NCBI GenBank assembly: GCA_963749495.1
Contig: CAVVMW010000023.1
Span: 448,001-512,000 of the forward strand
DNA from: an uncultured bacterium
GTDB taxonomy: Bacteria; Verrucomicrobiota; Verrucomicrobiia; Limisphaerales; UBA8199
DNA: 64,000 bases
Direction: 5' to 3'
Positions 11,938 through 22,203 of this stretch are shown here, one piece after another; the first letter of the stretch is position 1; every line of letters begins with the position of its first letter. Under the pieces are notes generated by a model. That model was not told where the DNA came from, searched no databases, and saw only the letters and a program-made list of their open reading frames with translations. The position numbers and the translations under genes were made by a program.

Positions 11938-12223
11938 AATCTCTTGAGGTGAAAGGGTTTGTACATGAAAAGGCCCCACATCCAGAAGGAAGTGGGGCGG
12001 GGTGGGGATTGGCTCTTGGGGGTACTCCTTGGGGAATTGTCCTCGTGGAGCTAATCCGGCACCTGGATATTATGCCAGGAATGCAGGCAATTTCGCGGGA
12101 GGGGTCTGGGGACCTTTACACCAGCACGATCAACATGCCCTTTCGTCCGTGAGCATCCGAAGCAGATCCCGAAGGCTGCTCATTGTGGTTGAATTCGGAC
12201 CGGATGCCGGTTAAACAATTCAG

Positions 12224-12601
12224 ATGTTCCTGGCCGAAACGAACAAAGTGAAACGGTTGCTGCACCTGAGCTTCATCGGCCATGTGCAGGTTTCGGAGCT
12301 TCAAGAAAACCGCGACAAGGTGATGCTGCTCCTGGCCGAGTTGCCTGGCGGCTTCCGCTTGTTGACGGACTTGAGCCATCTGGAGTCTATGGAAACCGCC
12401 TGTGAAGCGGAAATCGCCCGAATTATGGAGGTTTGCGACCAAAAGGGAATCGGCTCGGTGATCCGGGTGATTCCGGAGCCCCAAAAGGACATCGGGTTTA
12501 ATATCCTGACGGCGTTCCATTACAAGCGCCGGGTGCGAGTTTCCACATGCCGGTCCTTGGAAGATGCGGTTCGGATGCTGAACGACGCGGCGCCCCAGTG
12601 A
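12224..12601 (+). CDS. Hypothetical protein, STAS/SpoIIAA-like alpha/beta pattern
   Basis: 125-aa ORF with protein-like composition ('FRLLTDLSHLESM', 'SLEDAVRML'); fold assignment is inference. Confidence 0.55.
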   Translation: MFLAETNKVKRLLHLSFIGHVQVSELQENRDKVMLLLAELPGGFRLLTDLSHLESMETACEAEIARIMEVCDQKGIGSVIRVIPEPQKDIGFNILTAFHYKRRVRVSTCRSLEDAVRMLNDAAPQ

Positions 12602-13309
12602 CGTTTGAGGTGCTTTGGACTCGTGGTCGCACATCCGAACACCTAATATTTCCGATGTGAAATCTCGCACAGTCAAATGGGTCGTGGTTAGCGGGGTCAG
12701 TTTTTTGGGTCTGGTCGTGGGCCTGGGAATCGCCATTGTTCATCACTGGGGAAAGGTCCATCAGCACTGTATCAAAGCGGCTGGGATCGCCCTCTGGACT
12801 TATGCCGAGGACCATGGTGGCGCATTTCCATACAACACGAACGGGTTTGGTGATGCGCTGCTGCTCCTGGTCAAGGGCGACTATGGGCAGCTCAGCGTCT
12901 TCTGTGGACCGGGTGACGATGGCCACGTCCTCAGCAACGCCCTGACCAATGGTTTGCACGTTCCAGAGGAGGCTTGCACCCGAGTCTATGTCCAGGGCTT
13001 TGAGGAGAAAAGACCCTGAGGTTCGAGTTCAACGTCCAGAGAAAGAAGACGAAGGGAGGGATGGAGGCGACAATTCCGATCAAAGCATTTTCAAGGCTCC
13101 AATGCAGGTCCATGAGAGCAGGCCGATGGAAGAGCCAGCCCCAGAGCACGGCCAGGACCAGCAAAGTCAGCTCACACAGGCACCCGACACGAAATGACAA
13201 CTCACGTTTCACATTCAGGAGAAGGTTGAGCCTTCTGCTGTTTCGATTCAACCCAGATTTGCACGAAACGCTTGACTTTCCCGCGATTCCAGCCACATTG
13301 CACGCATAT

Positions 13310-13600
13310 ATGGCAAAACCATTAACCAAATCTCAGATTACAACATCTCTGGCCGAAACAGCCGGAGTCAGCCGCAAAGAAGCCACCCAGGCCCTCGAAG
13401 CTCTGGTGGCCCTGGCGTACAAAAATGCCAAGAACAAGTTCACCATTCCGGGACTGGGCAAGCTGGTCCTGCTGAATCGCAAAGCTCGGATGGGTCGAAA
13501 TCCTGCAACAGGCGAATCCCTCAAGATCCCTGCCAAGCGAGTCGTGAAGTTCCGTGTCGCCAAAGCAGCCAAAGACGCGATTCTGGGCGTGAAGAGGTAG
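13310..13600 (+). CDS. hup: HU family DNA-binding protein
   Basis: 'MAKPLTKSQ...IPGLGKL...RKARMGRNPATGESLKIPAKRVVKFRVAK'. Confidence 0.95.
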   Translation: MAKPLTKSQITTSLAETAGVSRKEATQALEALVALAYKNAKNKFTIPGLGKLVLLNRKARMGRNPATGESLKIPAKRVVKFRVAKAAKDAILGVKR

Positions 13601-13845
13601 TGGACGCCGGCTTTGTCCGTTGTTAATGGCACAAAGACGTGCCAAAACCCGAATCAACGGAATCAGGACCATGGGCCTCCGTTTGAAAGCCAATGAAGCG
13701 CGGTTGGCAGAGGGTGGTTCTGCCGCTTGATTCCAAGCCCTCGGAGTCGCTTTTATTTTTCTTGCCTTCCGGCGGCCATTTCCTGTATTGATGTGGAATG
13801 CGGGTCGTACGACCCTGACCTGGAATCAAGAAACTGGAGAACCTT

Positions 13846-14172
13846 ATGGCATTCACAAAATCGGAAATCATCGACGCCATCGCTCAGAAAACCAGCGTTG
13901 AGAAGAAAGTTGCCGAGGCCATGCTGGACTGCCTCGCTCAGCTGGCCTACGAACATGCAAAGGATGAATTCACGCTGCCGGGTATCGGGAAGTTGGTTGT
14001 GGTACAGAGAAAGGCGAGGATGGGGAGAAATCCTGGCACCGGAGCCGAGATTCAGATCCCTGCCAAACGGGCCCTGACATTTCGGGTAGCCAAGGCGGCC
14101 AAAGACGCCATTCTTGCGGCCGAGTTGCCTCCCAGCGCCAGCCCCACGAGCATTTCACCTCCGGCGCCCTGA
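13846..14172 (+). CDS. hup: HU family DNA-binding protein, second paralogue with Pro/Ser-rich tail
   Basis: 'MAFTKSEII...LPGIGKL...RKARMGRNPGTGAEIQIPAKRALTFRVAK'. Confidence 0.92.
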   Translation: MAFTKSEIIDAIAQKTSVEKKVAEAMLDCLAQLAYEHAKDEFTLPGIGKLVVVQRKARMGRNPGTGAEIQIPAKRALTFRVAKAAKDAILAAELPPSASPTSISPPAP

Positions 14173-14332
14173 AGATCAATCATTGCCAATTTGTCTGATT
14201 TCGGACGTTTAGAAATCGGTCCGCAGGATCGGTTCGAGACCATATGAGGCGCTACCGACAAAGCGGCCCCCCAGTAATCAACGCGCTTTCTCTTGACTAT
14301 TGTTTACAGTCCATCAACATTCCGACCAACGT

Positions 14333-14788
14333 ATGAACATAAGCAACTTAACTCCAGAACATCTCCGGAAAGCAGCCGACCTCAAAGAGAACATTGACGC
14401 CCTGGAAGAAGAACTCAATGAGATTCTTGGGGCCGAAATCCCTGCTCCTGTCGCCTCTGAAGAACCTGTGAAGCCGAGGAATGGGAGGAGGAAGAGGCGG
14501 AAGAGGATGTCGAAGACGCAGAGTGCTCCTGAACTGGGCACGACAGCAAGACCGGCGAAACGGAGGCGGAGGAAGCTCAGTCCGGAGGGTCGTGCGAACA
14601 TCAGTGCTGCTGCGAAGGCAAGGTGGGCGGCAAAGAGGGGCGAAGCTCAACCCGAAACGAGGCCAGCAGCAGAAGAAGCCAAGCCCAAGAAGAAGAGGAA
14701 TATCAGTGCGGCGGGAAGAAAGGCGATGTCCCTGGCGGCCAAGAGGAGATGGGCCAAGGCCAAGAAAGCGGAGAAGCTGCCATTTTAG
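14333..14788 (+). CDS. Small highly basic protein, putative nucleoid-associated/histone-like
   Basis: Acidic coiled-coil N-terminus followed by a Lys/Arg/Ala-rich region with two copies of 'SxxGRxxxSxAAKxRWA'. Confidence 0.7.
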   Translation: MNISNLTPEHLRKAADLKENIDALEEELNEILGAEIPAPVASEEPVKPRNGRRKRRKRMSKTQSAPELGTTARPAKRRRRKLSPEGRANISAAAKARWAAKRGEAQPETRPAAEEAKPKKKRNISAAGRKAMSLAAKRRWAKAKKAEKLPF

Positions 14789-15171
14789 GCTGTAGATTTT
14801 GGCCGAGGCGCAATGCTCGTGATGGGGTGTTGCGCCGGCTTGGTTTGGGGAGACGGAAATGGGGAAGCAGAACGTGAGGCTGAGGACCATGCAGATTGGG
14901 GATCTGGTGAAGTGCAGGGTGCTCGATTTGTTCGGGGAGGAGTGAACGGTGGGGGGGCTCCACAGCCTCTGCACCCAGGTTCCCGTGTTGATGCTGTGAG
15001 GACGTTGGAGGGCAGAAATTGGCGCTTGATACTCTAATCCCGGTTTGGCACCATGCGGGAAGAATGAAAGCGATGGGGAGCAGATTCTCCCTCAGCCGCG
15101 CAACCTCGATAAAGAGGCGGTACGGCAAAAAGCAAATTCAGACCAACAAAGCTGAGACCGAGGAATTACCT

Positions 15172-16560
15172 ATGTGCAACGAAATGGATCGAAGAGAGTT
15201 CTTGAAAAGGTCATCGGTTTCCGCCGCGGGAATGGCGCTGACGGGAGCGGCTTTCGCAGAGCAGGCGTCCTCTTTCTCGATTAAGCTGGGCTTTATTGGC
15301 ATCGGAGGCCGTGGCTCGTACCATCTTGACTGCGCGTTGGGAATGGAGGGCGTCGAGGTGCTCGCCCTGTGCGATATTGACGACAAAGCGCTCTACAACG
15401 CCAAGCGATGGGTGGAGGAGGCCGGTCAACCGACACCGCATCTCTATGGCGATAGCCGGACGGCATTCAGGCAACTGTGCGAACAGGAAACGCTGGATTG
15501 CGTGATCTGCTGTACGCCTTGGGAGTACCATGCGCCGGTGTGCGTGGCGGCCATGAAGAACGGCAAGAACGCAGTCAGCGAAGTCCCGATCATCATCACG
15601 CTGGACGAAGCGTGGGAAGTGGTCGAGACCCACGAGAAGACGGGCAAATGGGCGACGATGGGGCTCGAAGGGTATGGCGACCTGACGCTCATGAACATGG
15701 TGCGCAAGGGAATCCTGGGCGAGGTCCTTCATGCTGAAGGCGGGTATGTGCATGACCTGAGGATGGTGCAGTACAATCCGCTCCAGGAACCCTGGCGGCT
15801 TAACCATTCGCTCACTCGCAACGGGAACTTGTATCCGGACCACCCGATGGCGCGCATCCTGCGCCTGCTGGACATCAACCACGGGGATAGATTTGACTCT
15901 TTGGTTTCCATGAGCACGAAGTCCCTTTCGTTGGCCAGGTATGCCCAGCTCAAATACGGTGAAAATGGTCCCTACGCAAACGCGAAGTTTTCGCAGGGCA
16001 ACGTCAATGTGACCCTGCTGCACACGGCGGGCGGGAAAGTCTGCACCCTCAATTTCGATACCAGCACTCCGCATCCGCGTGAGTTCTTCCGCCTCCAGTG
16101 CGCAAAAGGGGTTTACCAGACTGGCGTGAGTCTGCCGGCTCCAAGGAACGCGGAGACGCCGGGCGGTCAAGCGGCTGCGGCAACGCGAGGTCTCGGCGGA
16201 GGCAGGAGTGGAATGCTCTACATCGAGGGGAGAACCCCGGGTGAGGATCTGTGGGAATCTGCGGAGCCCTATTTCAAGGAGTTTCAGCATCCTTTCTTGA
16301 AGAGCTACACACCAAAAGCGCGAAAGGTGGCTCTGCGCGGACATGGCGGTGGCGGCACCGTCACCCCGGTGAACTGGGAACGGTTGGTGGCCGCGCTCCG
16401 TGCCGGTAAGATGCCGGATTGGGACGTTTACAACTCCGTCACCAGCAGCGCGATCTCTCCTCTGTCTGAAAAGTCGGTTGCGGGCGGCAGCGCTCCTATC
16501 GCCTTCCCTGATTTCACCAAAGGGAAATGGCAGACCGCCAAACCCTACGAGGTCGTTTAA
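15172..16560 (+). CDS. Tat-exported Gfo/Idh/MocA oxidoreductase (GH109-like NAD-dependent glycosidase)
   Basis: Twin-arginine 'DRREFLK', Rossmann 'GFIGIGGRG', 'CTPWEYHA', 'AEGGYVHDLR', 'RNGNLYPDH'. Confidence 0.85.
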   Translation: MCNEMDRREFLKRSSVSAAGMALTGAAFAEQASSFSIKLGFIGIGGRGSYHLDCALGMEGVEVLALCDIDDKALYNAKRWVEEAGQPTPHLYGDSRTAFRQLCEQETLDCVICCTPWEYHAPVCVAAMKNGKNAVSEVPIIITLDEAWEVVETHEKTGKWATMGLEGYGDLTLMNMVRKGILGEVLHAEGGYVHDLRMVQYNPLQEPWRLNHSLTRNGNLYPDHPMARILRLLDINHGDRFDSLVSMSTKSLSLARYAQLKYGENGPYANAKFSQGNVNVTLLHTAGGKVCTLNFDTSTPHPREFFRLQCAKGVYQTGVSLPAPRNAETPGGQAAAATRGLGGGRSGMLYIEGRTPGEDLWESAEPYFKEFQHPFLKSYTPKARKVALRGHGGGGTVTPVNWERLVAALRAGKMPDWDVYNSVTSSAISPLSEKSVAGGSAPIAFPDFTKGKWQTAKPYEVV

Positions 16561-17275
16561 CCGGATAATCCCGTGCATTCGGGTCGGAAAGCAACTGCAC
16601 AACCGCGGGCCCCTCAAATGCCGCCACCCGGCGTCCCCTGGATTCCGGCTCGAACACATAACCCCGCCGCTCGACATCCCGCCTTACCTCCCGCAACAAC
16701 GTTGCGTAGTGGTTCCCTTCGGGCTCAACCAGGCTGCCATAAAACTGCGCCAGTTCAGCATCCTGGTCCTTGAGTGCAGCGGCCAGGATTTGGAACTTCT
16801 CGCAACTCCGGCCCTCGATCAGACTGCGGCAAATCAAATGGTCAATGACCTGCTCGCGCCGGCCACTTCGAGCGGATTTCATCAGGCCGGCGATCCACGG
16901 ACTGGGGTGGGCTTGGCCGAAGGGGATGCCGCGGCGTTTGAGCAAGGCGACCACGAATTGGAAGTGTTGCAGTTCCTCGATGGCGATGGCGTTCAGTTCC
17001 TCGACACGCTGAAAGAATCCCCCAAACGAATTCGCGCTTTGCGCCCCTGAACCTCGACGTTGCGTCCCCGTCCCGCGTAGCGTTTTGGACTGCCGCAGTC
17101 CAAAACCTTCGGACTTGGTGTCGGTTCCTGGGGAGAGGTCCCGGTACTTTCCCAGGTTTAGGGCGCTTGTGGCGGCCTTGCGCTCCCAATGCGCGTGATC
17201 CACCAGAACCGCCGGGAGATTGGCCAGCACCTTGGGCAGCCAGTCTGCCGGGATCTTCTCCCGAAACAAGAGCAT
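16514..17275 (-). CDS. miaE: tRNA-(ms2io6A) hydroxylase MiaE-like protein with a 40-aa in-frame repeat-derived insertion and aberrant C-terminus
   Basis: Di-iron motifs 'DHAHWERKAA', 'EELQHF', 'LIEGRSCEKF', 'EGNHY'. The sequence after 'NHYAT' does not look like MiaE and overlaps the convergent gene. Confidence 0.75.
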   Translation of the reverse strand: MLLFREKIPADWLPKVLANLPAVLVDHAHWERKAATSALNLGKYRDLSPGTDTKSEGFGLRQSKTLRGTGTQRRGSGAQSANSFGGFFQRVEELNAIAIEELQHFQFVVALLKRRGIPFGQAHPSPWIAGLMKSARSGRREQVIDHLICRSLIEGRSCEKFQILAAALKDQDAELAQFYGSLVEPEGNHYATLLREVRRDVERRGYVFEPESRGRRVAAFEGPAVVQLLSDPNARDYPVKRPRRVWRSAISLW

Positions 17276-17452
17276 GGCACAACCTCAATCCGGTGGTTCC
17301 AGGCCGCAAGCGCCAGAGGACGAGAGGAGCGGGGTCCCTTCAAGCCCGCTCCTGAATCGCAGTTAGTGCAAAATTGTCTTGAGCACGAACCAGCTTTCAG
17401 GTAAACCGCGTTTAACGTTCAAACAATTGAGCAATTCACCCTAAAACATTCT

Positions 17453-20400
17453 ATGAACTTATCGAGATTGCTGTCACAGATCCTTCGGGGCGCGGCCGCT
17501 TTGACCTTGGTTAGTGCGGCCATGCCGGCACTTCACGGAGCAGCAACCGATGGCTTGGTGGGTTACTGGAGCTTCGATGACGGGACACTGGCCGAGACGT
17601 CCGGATTCACCCCGCCGGGCACGCATGACGGTTTGGCCGTTGGCACTGTGGCCTATATCCAAGGGCCGTCCGGAAGAGCCTTGGACCTGACGGCCGCTAA
17701 CACCGCCGTTAAGATTAAGAACTCGAATGCGAACGACGCGGGCTACCAGGGCACCTTTGACCAACTGCTTTATAACAGCGCGCAAGGTTTTACCATCGCC
17801 GCCTGGGTGAAAGGCCTGCCGGGGACGTGGAATCCCTGGATCTCGAAGGCGGGCGAAGCAACGTCCGGTTACCAGTTGCGACGCCACGGCGCAAACAACG
17901 TCGCCACGTTTACGCTTCAATCTGCAACCGGTGAGTCCGACCCGTATAACAGCTCAGGCGTGTCGTTTGCCGACGGCGGCTGGCACCACCTGGTCGCGAT
18001 CTACGATCCCGTGGCCAGCCAGCGCACGCTCTATGTGGACGGGGCGGTCGAGTTCGCTATCTACGACGCTAACCTTGACTCCAGCACCGCCCCCGGCCAG
18101 TGCCTGGTCTTCGGCGCCCGCAACGACGACGCCGCGAGCGGAGTTTTAACGGCCTTTGCAGGGGTCGCGGTGGATGAAGTGCGCATTTATAACCGCGCGC
18201 TCGCGGACTCCGAGGCGACGGCGCTGTTTACGCCCGGCATTGAAATCGCCCCCGCCAGCTTGGTCGTCTATACCCCGCGCCCGGACACGAACGCGGTCCA
18301 GATCACGGTGCCCGACACGCTGCTCGCCAGCGGCGCGGTTGACGTGGTGGTGACCAGCCAGGACCCGATCGTGGCGATTCCCGCCGGCGCCGTTAGCGGT
18401 TCTCTGACCATCCATTTTCCGGCGGGTGGGCCCGGCACCCAATCGTTTTTCGTTCACTCCCAGAATGAGGGGCTCGACCAAGTTTACCTACACCAGCACC
18501 AGGGGATGGGTCAATGGGGACACGACGATCGACGTGTGGGCCGACTTGAGTATCTACGGCAACACGGTGTTTCTGGACACCTTCAATGTGAGCGCCGATT
18601 CCACCAACCTTGACTTCGAGATTGACCAACGCCAATCGGGCAGCGCCGCCCCCGTGGGCTATGCGAGCCTGGCCGTGAATCTGGTCGGCAATCCGCTCGA
18701 TCCAAAGTGGTTTCAGGTCGGCGCCCCGGATGCCAACGGCTGGTTGCGCCTGGGCGGCGAGGGCATCGCCAATGCTTTCCCGGGCGGCAGCCCCAGCGTG
18801 ATGGTCAAACACAGTTTCATCGAGAGCAAACATTTCCTCATGGAGTACGACATCCTCGGCTACACCGACACCGCCGCCGACGGGTGGGCCGGGATTAAGC
18901 TCCTGGATTCGACCGGTACCCCGCAATTCCTCAACGGCGGCAACGGTTTCGGGTTCATGTTCAGTGGCGATGGCAGCGGCTTGGCCTTTGACGGCGGGAA
19001 CCAGAATTCCAGTTTCCCCAGCGGCACTTTCGATCCCGCCGCGACCAACCACATCAGCTTCGAGGTGGTCACGGCAGGCTGGGACGGCTCCAGTAAAGGC
19101 CAGACTGTTCTCTCCTTGGTGACCAATGGCCAACCGATGGGCACCTATAAAATAAAGCACAATTACAAGGGCAATTATATCAGCTTGTATTACGCCCTGC
19201 CCGCGGTGGGACATCCAAACGTGTGTACCTTTGACAATCTCAAGGTGACCATCGCTCCCAGTGCCTACGCTAACGCCACCGGCACTACGACCGGTGTGGG
19301 CGCCAATAGCGCCCCGGTGACGGTTTTTGTCCCCGCCGCAGCGTTGGCCACTGGCGGCGTCGATATTGTCATTACTTCCAGCGATCCAACTATTGCGGTG
19401 CCCGGCGGCGCCAGTGGCGCCAGCCTCACCTTGCACTTCGCCAAAGGGGGGACCAATGCCCAGAGCTTTACTGCTTTCGGCACAGCGCCCGGCCAGACTG
19501 TTTTCACCCTCACTTCCGGGCAGGTCCGAACCTCGGGCAGCGTGAGCGTCAGCGTCGGGTTCCTGGCCCACTCGGCCGTGGCTAATCCCAGTTTCGAGGA
19601 CAGTTATACGCCCGCGTGGGCGCCGCCTGGTTATTTGTTCATGAACCGCTGGACCCCCAATACGGACACCACTGGCTTTAATGGCACGGCCAACGGCCAG
19701 ACCATCCTCGACTTCGCCGATAATGGCCTTTTACCCGACCGCAACCTGGTGGCCTTCATTGACAATGCAGGCAGTTTTCAACAAAACGTCCAGGGATTGG
19801 CGGTGGGCAGCACCCATTGGTTGCAGTACCGTTACAATGTGAGCGCCAATTCCGCCAAAGGCCAGCCGGTGGGCGGGCATGTCCTGACGGTGTCTTACAA
19901 CGGCAAGGTCATCGATGCGATCACCAACGCCCAGCCGGTCGAGACAGCAGGGAGCAACACCCAACCGTGGTACTTCCGCAATGTCCCCTTTGTCGCCGAT
20001 GTGGCCTCGGGCGCTCTGGAGTTCCAACACACCGTCACCGACCCGGCCAACGCCCCGGCGACCGTGCTTTTGGATGCCATTACGGTGGTCTTGCGGGGAG
20101 CCGATGAGGTGGTGATCGAGAATCCCAGCTTCGAGGCCTCAGGCAAGCCCACGACGCCGCCCTATTACTTCGAAGACGACGTGCTGATCACCGGATGGAC
20201 GGTGGACCCGCCCAACCAATGGGGCTCAAACGCGGCGGGCGATCCATTCTATGACAACGGGCAAAACCCGGACCAGGACTTAGTCCTCTTTGTTCAAGGC
20301 GCCGGCAAGTCGGTGAGCCAAACGATCAGCGGATTCACTCCGGGCGAGCGCTATCAGTTGTCATTTGCTTACAACGCGCGTCTGACCGGCGTGCCACCGC

Positions 20401-20798
20401 AGCTTGACGCAACCATCGGCGACCTCAAACTCATGTCGGCCCCAGTCGTCCCGGTGGGCGGCAACAACCCCTTCTGCCGGACTAACCTCGTCTTCACTGC
20501 CAACGCGCCAACCCTAGCCCTCAAGTTTGCCAATTCCGTGGCTGCCGGAGACTCCACTTTCCTGCTGGACGACGTGCATATCACCCACCTAAGGGCGCCC
20601 AGCCCGTCGTTGAATATTCAACTCCTAAACGGCCAGGTTCAAATCTCCTGGCCCATCGCTTCGAGTGGTGGCTTCAAGCTCCAAACATCCTCGGCCCTAA
20701 CAGCAAATTGGACCGATTCGACTTTGCCGGTGCAAACCTCGGGAACCAATAACCTGGTGTTGGACACCTGGAGGGCAAACCAGGCCACCTTTTATTGA
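17453..20798 (+). CDS. Large secreted LamG/concanavalin-like and carbohydrate-binding-domain protein (one frameshift near 18470)
   Basis: Signal peptide; 'LVGYWSFDDG', 'DGGWHHLVAIYD', 'VDEVRIYNRAL'; two 'NPSFE' CBM-like starts; duplicated 'VDxVxTSxDPxxAxPxGA' module. Removing one G at 18469-18472 joins the two ORFs. Confidence 0.8.
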
Positions 20799-20907
20799 CT
20801 TAAACAGTAACGGTTGGCCAGACCCGCTGGTTGTCCAATGAAGACCGGCAGTTTACGGTGTTTCCGGTCCAACTGAGAATCGCCCAGACCCCAAACCAGA
20901 AACCACC

Positions 20908-21399
20908 GTGAGAAAGCCCCGCCCCATCGTTTACAGCCTTGAGGAAGTCGCCATTACCCGCGACGACATCTACGCCCACATCAAGTACAGGGACCCGGAC
21001 TTTGGCGAAACCAGCCTGCAAATCGGCCCCAGGATGGCGCAGATGACAGACCAGGAGATTCTCGACCTCTACAACGACATGCTCAAGGCCGATGCAGAGA
21101 TGATGAGGAACAACAAATACGCGGCCGTTGAACCTCCCCTTGGCTCACCTCAGATCAAATATCACCCGTCCTGTGGTCAATGGAGCCCTCGGGGTGATGT
21201 GCTGAGGTGCTTGATTGGCGATGTGGAAAAAGACTGAGAGAGGGAGCCGGTGATTGCGATTGACGGGAAGGAATTGACCTAGCATGAATTTGGCAAGCTC
21301 ATCTGCACTTTTGCGGGCTGGGGGATGCGGGTTGAATTCACGCCAGAGGAAGAGATCCACCGAAGACCGGCGCTGGAGGTGAGGGAGCCCATGCAGTGA
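20908..21399 (+). pseudogene. Hypothetical protein with two in-frame stops
   Basis: Protein-like reading continues past TGA 21235-21237 and TAG 21280-21282 ('EREPVIAIDGKELT*HEFGKLICTFAGWGMRVEF') to TGA at 21397-21399. Confidence 0.55.
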
Positions 21400-22203
21400 C
21401 GTTTACGCTTATGCCCTTCAGTAAGGGCTCTGCTATTCAGCGCCAGCCATCGTGCCAAGCCTCTTGTGGTTCACTCATCCAGGCGCACGTCTCCTCGGCT
21501 ACGGTCATCAGTTCAACCAGGAGCGTGGGGCGACAGATTTCACTTGGTTTTCTTCCCCGTGGACTGGGATTGATTGACTTGGGAATCAGGGTTTTGGGGG
21601 ACATCTGGTTGGCGCTGCTGGATTGGGTCGGCGCATTTATTGGCATCATTGGCACGAGAAGTGCTTTCATCGCGCACAGATTCCTCTCGACACCTTCGTG
21701 GATTTGTGGTGAAGTTGGTTGATCACCGAGCAGAAATCAGCGATCGGCCTTCAGGGCTTGTTGGTTTCCTCACGGTGTTGTTGGGTGGCCAGTGGGTTAT
21801 GAAATTGGCAGCGGCCATTGCGAGAAGGACTTCGGGCGAGCGTGCATCAACGGCTCACTATCCTGGATTTTATGCCAACTTTCGCCGCGTGAGGGGGCTG
21901 AGGAAACGTGGGCAGGACCTGATAGCCATCTCCCACAATGCTCGAAAGGGTGGAAACAGGGGAAGCAATTGGTCTAAACCGGTCGCGCATCAGCTTCACT
22001 CGGCCACTTTAATAATACTGCAAAAAAACTGACCTGGAACGCCGAGCAACTTTATGAAAAACACGAGTTTGAAATCCCTGTCGGTCTTCGTATCTCTTTT
22101 GATCGGCCTTCTCTTGGGTCTTGCTACCCCGGCCCATAGTCAGGTGCAACAGGCTTGGTCAAATCTATCGGTTCCACTGGCGAATGGTTTGAATACAAAT
22201 GGT

